DNA from: Bacteroidia bacterium
Lineage (GTDB): Bacteria; Bacteroidota; Bacteroidia; AKYH767-A; OLB10
Assembly: GCA_038215705.1 (NCBI GenBank)
Contig: JBBQQQ010000010.1
Coordinates: 452-64,451 of the forward strand
DNA: 64,000 nt
Direction of reading: 5' to 3'
Below, one piece after another: positions 60,201-64,000 of the stretch (the stretch's first letter is position 1; each line of letters begins with the position of its first letter). The translations under genes and the position numbers were made by a program. The notes below the pieces were generated by a model that did no database searches, was not told the origin of the DNA, and saw nothing but the letters and a program-made list of their open reading frames with translations.

Positions 60201-63200
60201 ACCTGTGGTCTAATAATTCAGCAAGCCAGGATTTAGCAAATGTTGGAGCAGGTACCTATACGGTAACTATTACCGATGACAATAATTGCGTGGCAATAGT
60301 TAGCGGCACCATAACACAGCCACCCGTGTTGAACGATTCTACATCCGTCGTTAACAGTACATGTGGTTTGGCCAATGGTTCGGTAACAACATATCCCTAT
60401 GGTGGCGTCCCACCGTATACATTGTTATGGAATAACGGACTGTCAACCCCAATTATTTCAGGTTTAGTTCCCGGAATTTATACGGTTACCGTTACCGATT
60501 TTAATGGTTGTACGGTTGTAAGAAGTGACACCGTGTTCGGAACAAACGTACCTTTGATAATTGTAGATTCAATAATTAATGTGAGCTGTTTCAATTTAAC
60601 GGATGGTGATATTTATATAACTGCTACAGGAGGTACAGGAACCCTTTCTTATTTATGGTCGACAAACGCGGTTACTCAGAATTTATTAAATGTCGGCGCC
60701 GGTACGTATACGGTTACCGTTACAGACCAGAATTCGTGTACAGCGGTGGCTTCTGCAACCATACAACAGCCCGGTGCACTGTTGGATTCCGCACACGTAA
60801 CTCCTGAAGCGTGCAATTCCGTTAACGGTGCAATAAATTTATTTCCTTATGGTGGAACCCCACCTTACAGCTTTGTATGGAACAACGGAATTTTTACAGA
60901 GGATCTTACCGGGTTATTAGCCGGTACCTACACTGTTACTGTCAGTGACAGCCTGGGATGCCAGGTCACTTCCTCGTATGTAGTTCCATCAGTTGGTAGC
61001 CCTCAGATCGTACTGGATTCGATACAGCAGGTAAGTTGTTTCGGACTTTCTGATGGTGCTATTTATATCTCTGTAACCGGCGGGTCGGCTCCGTTTGTTT
61101 ATAGTTGGTCGAATAGTGCCCCTGGTGAAGACATTACCAACCTGTTGGCTGGGAATTATACCGTAATAGTAATTGATACATTCCTTTGCAGTGACACCGC
61201 TTCATTCGTAATAACTGAACCGGCAATATTGCAGGATTCAATTACTATAGTGTCGTCAAGCTGCGGATTGGCTAATGGCAGTGCCACAATTTTCCCATTT
61301 GGAGGAACTCCCAACTACGGGTATTTATGGTCGAATGGTCAGCTCACTCAAACAGCTTTTAACCTTCCTGCCGGACCCATTACCGTGACCGTTACTGATG
61401 CCAATTCATGTACAATTACAGAAACCATAACCATAACAGATCAGCCCATCCATGCCATAGTAGTTGATAGTGTCGTGAGTGTGTCGTGTTTTGGAGTTGC
61501 TGATGGAGGTATTTACATATCGGTGACCGGTGGAAGCGGAACATTCGGATATCAATGGTCGAATACTGCAATTACAGAAGATCTGACAGGAGTAGTGGCA
61601 GATAATTATACAGTAACTGTTACCGATATCAATTCGTGTTCGGTAACCCAGACTTTTACAATTTCACAACCTGATCTGTTAACCGACAGCACCGAAGTAA
61701 ATGATGCTACTTGCGGATTAGCAAATGGTGCAGCTACAATTTTCCCAATAGGTGGTACCGGTCCGCATACTTACCTGTGGAATACCAATGCCGTTACTCA
61801 GTCTATCTCCAACCTGCTTTCCGCAATCTACACAGTTACTATAACTGATTTCAACGGATGCACACTCATTGAAACAATAGCAGTGGGAGATGTTGGAGGT
61901 CCTACTGTTGTACTTGACAGCCTCTTTAACACAGGTTGTTTTAACGGGAATGATGGAGCGATTTACATATCCGTTACAACAGGGTTACCTAATTTTAATT
62001 ACCTGTGGTCAAACTTCGCCGTAACCCAGGATATTACCGGTTTAACTGCGGGTATTTACAGTGTTACCGTAACTGATCAAAGCAATTGTCAGCAGTTTAT
62101 TTCATTCACTGTGGAGCAACCTGATGTACTGCAGGATTCTGCCGTTATATCGCCTGCAAGTTGCGGCGCACTAAACGGCAGTATTACTGATTTTCCATAT
62201 GGCGGTACAGGTCCTTATTCCTTCCTGTGGAATAATGGTGCAGTGACTCAGACTGTAACCGGCCTTATAGCAGGAACATATACGGTTACCGTTACCGATT
62301 CCAACAGTTGCACAGTCACATCACAGTATGTAATCAACAACCTCAACGGTCCTTCTGTGACAGTAGATTCCATTATCCAGGTTTCCTGTGCCGGCGACTC
62401 TACCGGGGCGATCTATATTTCAGTAACCGATGGAACTGCTCCTTATACTTATTTGTGGTCGGGAACACAGATTGTACAGGATGTTATTGATATTCCTGCA
62501 GGAACGTATACGGTTACCGTTACTGATTTTAATCAATGTACTTCGGTAATTACCAATACCATTAATGAACCACCACCTGTTGAAGTCGATTTCACTTCAA
62601 CGCCGTCAAGTTGCAATGCATCAAACGGTTCTGTAATAGCGGTAGTTTCAGGAGGAGTGCCGGGGTATGATTTAGAATGGAATAACGGTTTTGCCACACC
62701 GGGAATATCCAATCTTTCTGCAGGTGTATATACGCTTACCGTTACTGATCAGAATAATTGTGTTGATAGTTTCAACGTTTCTGTGAGCAATATCTCAGCA
62801 CCGGTTATAACAGTTGTTGATTCCGGCAATGTTTCGTGCTCAGGGGCAGAGGACGGTTTTATTAACGTGTCAGTAAGTGGTGGTGCTTTACCTTACAACT
62901 ATTCCTGGTCGAATACCAGTCAGACAGGAAATTCCTTGGTCGATCTTGATGGTAATGTTACCTATACTTTAACTATTACCGACAGCCTTGGATGTATTGC
63001 CATACTTCCCGTATTTATTTCGGAACCCGCGCCATTTACAATTAATGGAATAATTCCCCAACTCAACGGAACCTTTAATTTGACGTGTTTTGGAAGCAAT
63101 GACGGAAGCATTAATTTGGTGGTGAGCGGCGGAACAGAACCCTATGCTTATTTGTGGTCAAACTTTGCAGTAACTGATAGTATAGGAAGCCTGAGTGCAG

Positions 63201-64000
63201 GAAATTATACCGTAACAGTAACCGATGATAATGGCTGTACGGCATCTCAAAGCTTCACATTAACACAGCCGCCTTTGCTTGTGTCAAATGCAGGTCCTAA
63301 TAAAGTAATATGCGGATTCAATAGTGATACCCTTAATGCTGACGTTCCTACTTTCGGAACAGGTACCTGGATTGTTGTAAGTGGTTCGGGAACTTTTGCA
63401 AACCCTAATCAACCTAATACAATAGTTACCAATCTTACTAACGGTGTGAATGTGTACCAATGGGTTGTGACCGATGGTGTTTGTTCGGCTTTCTCGCAAG
63501 TGGTAATCACCTTCAGCACTCAAATAAATGCGATTGCAGGTGCGAATAAGGAAGTTTGCGAAAATTCCGCTCTGCTCACTGCTACAGCACCTCAATTTGG
63601 ATTGGGATACTGGCAAATCGTAAATAGTCACGCAACTATTAATGATACTTTAGAAGCTGTTACAGCGGTGACAGGTTTAAATTATGGTGCTAATGTATTC
63701 CGATGGTTTGTACTTAATGGAACATGTATCGACAGTGCTGATGTAACGATATTCCTTAATAATCCCGAGGATTGTTTTGAAGAACTGGAATTGCCAACAG
63801 GCTTCACACCAAATGGCGATGGTAAAAATGATTATTTCTTTGTGAAAGGTCTCGATGATTATCCTGAGAATTCAATTGTAGTTTTCAACCGCTGGGGAAA
63901 TAAAGTTTATGAAAAAGCCGGTTATACTAATGACTGGGATGGGTCAAACAATTCAGGTGACCCGCTTCCGGACGGAACTTATTTTGTGATATTTAAAGTC
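54290..64000 (+). CDS. Giant SprB-repeat surface adhesin with gliding-motility/T9SS type B CTD; 3' end lies just beyond the window (>=3237 aa)
   Basis: ATG 54290 gives MGFKLIRK...ALILLIVLFFASLTLSA signal; same frame at both ends and in spot checks; ~39 C.G..DG.I.....GG..PY.Y.WSN...T.D...L.AG.YTVTVTD.N.C repeats; ends FTPNGDGKND.F...FNRWG.KVY...WDG...LPDGTYF. Confidence 0.92.
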   Translation, partial: MGFKLIRKVVYDIFLPVKKGRALILLIVLFFASLTLSAAGTFSSPAPFPVSFTTSDYNGFGVSCNGSADGSVDLTINGGVAPYDILWSNNETTEDISGLTAGNYIVTIIDAVQDTTVDSVFISEPPVIDVVFLAVTSVTCNGLSDGAIDITPSGGTNVFTYLWNQGTITEDLSGINAGTYTVSVTDNNNCLVVADTLITEPDALVISFASVTAVSCNGLSDGAIDITPSGGTGSYSFQWNQGAITEDLTALDAGNYTVFVTDDNNCLAQRDTFITEPASLEIFFAAVSHVKCNGFSDGAIDMTPSGGTGTYSFEWNQGAFTEDISALSAGIYTVSVTDANNCIATGDTTITEPDALEIDFAAVNAITCNGFNDGIINITPSGGTGAYSFQWNQGSISEDLSALSAGPYTVSVTDANNCLVQGDTIITEPDALVLDFTSVNSITCNGFSDGVIDVTPSGGTGAYTFLWNQGAVTEDLSGLDEGSYTLSLTDANNCVVVADTVVTEPDVVAVDFTTVNPITCFGLADGIIDITPSGGTGSFTFLWNDGTVSEDLSGLDDGNYTVSVTDDNNCLAVADTIITEPPLVALDFISVTPITCNGFADGSINITPSGGTGTFSFQWSDGTLTEDISGLDAGVYSISVSDINNCFAEGDTLITEPDAIVINLDTQDANAAPDGEASVTPVGGTGSFSFLWSNGATTSLITGLLPGNYTITVTDDNLCTVTEVATINNALGGCSIITDSIVNVSCNGLNNGAIYISTLGTFAPVIYQWSNGAITQDITGLAPGTYTVTITDVVLCSSTQSFSITQPAVLNVTTTPVPETCGANNGSVSTNVTGGTGSYSYQWSNGAGTASVSSLNGATYTVTVTDQNGCTDVANAVVPAITPPQVVIDSVRNVACFGGATGAVFSTVSNGTLPYSIIWSNGQSIQDITGLISGSYTVTVTDADLCTATANAVVAQPSAALNDSVQTVQPTCGFSNGSITVYPYNGTSPYTYLWNNSQTTQTISGLAPGSYTVTITDANLCTRQRTVVLSNITGPVASVDSLRAVRCFGGATGGVFITATGGTLPLTYVWSNSAVTQDIVNVAAGTYTVTVTDANSCTSVTSGIVTQPAAALNDSVQTTRPTCGNNNGTITSYPYNGTSPYTYLWNNSQTSQTISGLAPGTYTVTITDANLCTRQRTASITNIAGPALLLDSVRPVNCFGGSTGGVFVSASGGTAPLTYLWSNSAVSQDITGVAAGTYTVTVTDANSCTATVSGIVTQPAAALNDSVQTVNPTCGNSNGSVTVYPYGGTGPYTYLWNNGLTTQTISGLTTGSYTVTITDANLCTRQRIASLINIGGPVAVVDSIRNVRCFGGATGAVYISVSGGTLPFTYLWSNGAVTQDLVNVVSGTKIVTVTDANSCTASANGIITQPSAALADSVNSVRPTCGFNNGSITVYPYNGTSPYTYLWNNGQTTQTISGLAAGTYTVTTTDANLCTRLRSASITIIAPPVATLDSVKNVRCFGTLTGAVYVTVTGGAAPRVYQWTNGAATQDITNVAAGAYTLTVTDANLCTSVINATVTQPTGISDSVQVTNATCSNANGGISIFPFGGTPGYTYLWNNSQTSSTLSLINSGTYTVTVTDANLCTRVRAVSVTNIPGPVGGIDSTRNVRCFGGSTGGVFVTVTGSALPLTYQWSNGAVTQDLNNVPAGTYTVTVTDANNCTTTIDTVLSQPALITVNSAVTNAACSQATGAVTAAPSGGVAPYTYLWNNGLTTPSISGLTAGNYTVTVTDANSCTSLKNATVGTIAPPVIVVDSVRNVRCNGDTTGAIFISLTGGTAPFTYQWTGGIASQDLVNVIAGTYTVIVTDSNACGDTLSATITQPLPLSDSIQVSNALCGAPTGSATVFPSGGTTPYTYLWSTGSLIPTVFGLNAGSYTVTITDAFGCTLQDVANISSTGGPVVTIDSIRNVKCFGALTGGVFISVSGGTFPYTYLWSNNSASQDLANVGAGTYTVTITDDNNCVAIVSGTITQPPVLNDSTSVVNSTCGLANGSVTTYPYGGVPPYTLLWNNGLSTPIISGLVPGIYTVTVTDFNGCTVVRSDTVFGTNVPLIIVDSIINVSCFNLTDGDIYITATGGTGTLSYLWSTNAVTQNLLNVGAGTYTVTVTDQNSCTAVASATIQQPGALLDSAHVTPEACNSVNGAINLFPYGGTPPYSFVWNNGIFTEDLTGLLAGTYTVTVSDSLGCQVTSSYVVPSVGSPQIVLDSIQQVSCFGLSDGAIYISVTGGSAPFVYSWSNSAPGEDITNLLAGNYTVIVIDTFLCSDTASFVITEPAILQDSITIVSSSCGLANGSATIFPFGGTPNYGYLWSNGQLTQTAFNLPAGPITVTVTDANSCTITETITITDQPIHAIVVDSVVSVSCFGVADGGIYISVTGGSGTFGYQWSNTAITEDLTGVVADNYTVTVTDINSCSVTQTFTISQPDLLTDSTEVNDATCGLANGAATIFPIGGTGPHTYLWNTNAVTQSISNLLSAIYTVTITDFNGCTLIETIAVGDVGGPTVVLDSLFNTGCFNGNDGAIYISVTTGLPNFNYLWSNFAVTQDITGLTAGIYSVTVTDQSNCQQFISFTVEQPDVLQDSAVISPASCGALNGSITDFPYGGTGPYSFLWNNGAVTQTVTGLIAGTYTVTVTDSNSCTVTSQYVINNLNGPSVTVDSIIQVSCAGDSTGAIYISVTDGTAPYTYLWSGTQIVQDVIDIPAGTYTVTVTDFNQCTSVITNTINEPPPVEVDFTSTPSSCNASNGSVIAVVSGGVPGYDLEWNNGFATPGISNLSAGVYTLTVTDQNNCVDSFNVSVSNISAPVITVVDSGNVSCSGAEDGFINVSVSGGALPYNYSWSNTSQTGNSLVDLDGNVTYTLTITDSLGCIAILPVFISEPAPFTINGIIPQLNGTFNLTCFGSNDGSINLVVSGGTEPYAYLWSNFAVTDSIGSLSAGNYTVTVTDDNGCTASQSFTLTQPPLLVSNAGPNKVICGFNSDTLNADVPTFGTGTWIVVSGSGTFANPNQPNTIVTNLTNGVNVYQWVVTDGVCSAFSQVVITFSTQINAIAGANKEVCENSALLTATAPQFGLGYWQIVNSHATINDTLEAVTAVTGLNYGANVFRWFVLNGTCIDSADVTIFLNNPEDCFEELELPTGFTPNGDGKNDYFFVKGLDDYPENSIVVFNRWGNKVYEKAGYTNDWDGSNNSGDPLPDGTYFVIFKV

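Noticed and set aside
54947-63631. Many short ORFs on both strands in the track
   Set aside because: Shadows of the single giant plus-strand adhesin ORF
1-64000. tRNA, rRNA or a known riboswitch
   Set aside because: No cloverleaf, rRNA-like or recognisable riboswitch consensus seen by eye; an Infernal scan would be needed to exclude them formally

Overview
64 kb of an AT-rich Bacteroidota chromosome, judged by T9SS C-terminal sorting domains, TAnnTTTG -7 promoter boxes and a fused E1 alpha/beta 2-oxoacid dehydrogenase. No rRNA, tRNA, CRISPR or transposase was seen. Left to right: T9SS cargo proteins; a two-component pair whose kinase carries a gap-free homolog of the plant/cyanobacterial ethylene-binding domain (all seven ETR1 D25/Y32/I35/P36/I62/C65/H69 positions kept); SET-domain and general-stress genes; a TPR/MORN/DUF3857-transglutaminase operon; ettA; a general-stress island (YciF/DUF892, DUF421, TopIB, DUF6496-like, a receiver, two paralogous unknown 69-aa proteins), with eight stress-type genes across 8.8-27 kb sharing a sigma54-like TGGCA(C/T)-N5-TT(G/T) upstream motif; housekeeping genes (UbiA-like, E1, murQ, rlpA, Nudix, cyclophilin, ABC exporter); crtI-crtB; a complete nuoA-N operon with a short NuoG; and a >3,200-codon SprB-repeat adhesin (54290 to beyond the window end) that the ORF track missed. 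All calls come from manual motif reading; no database searches were run.
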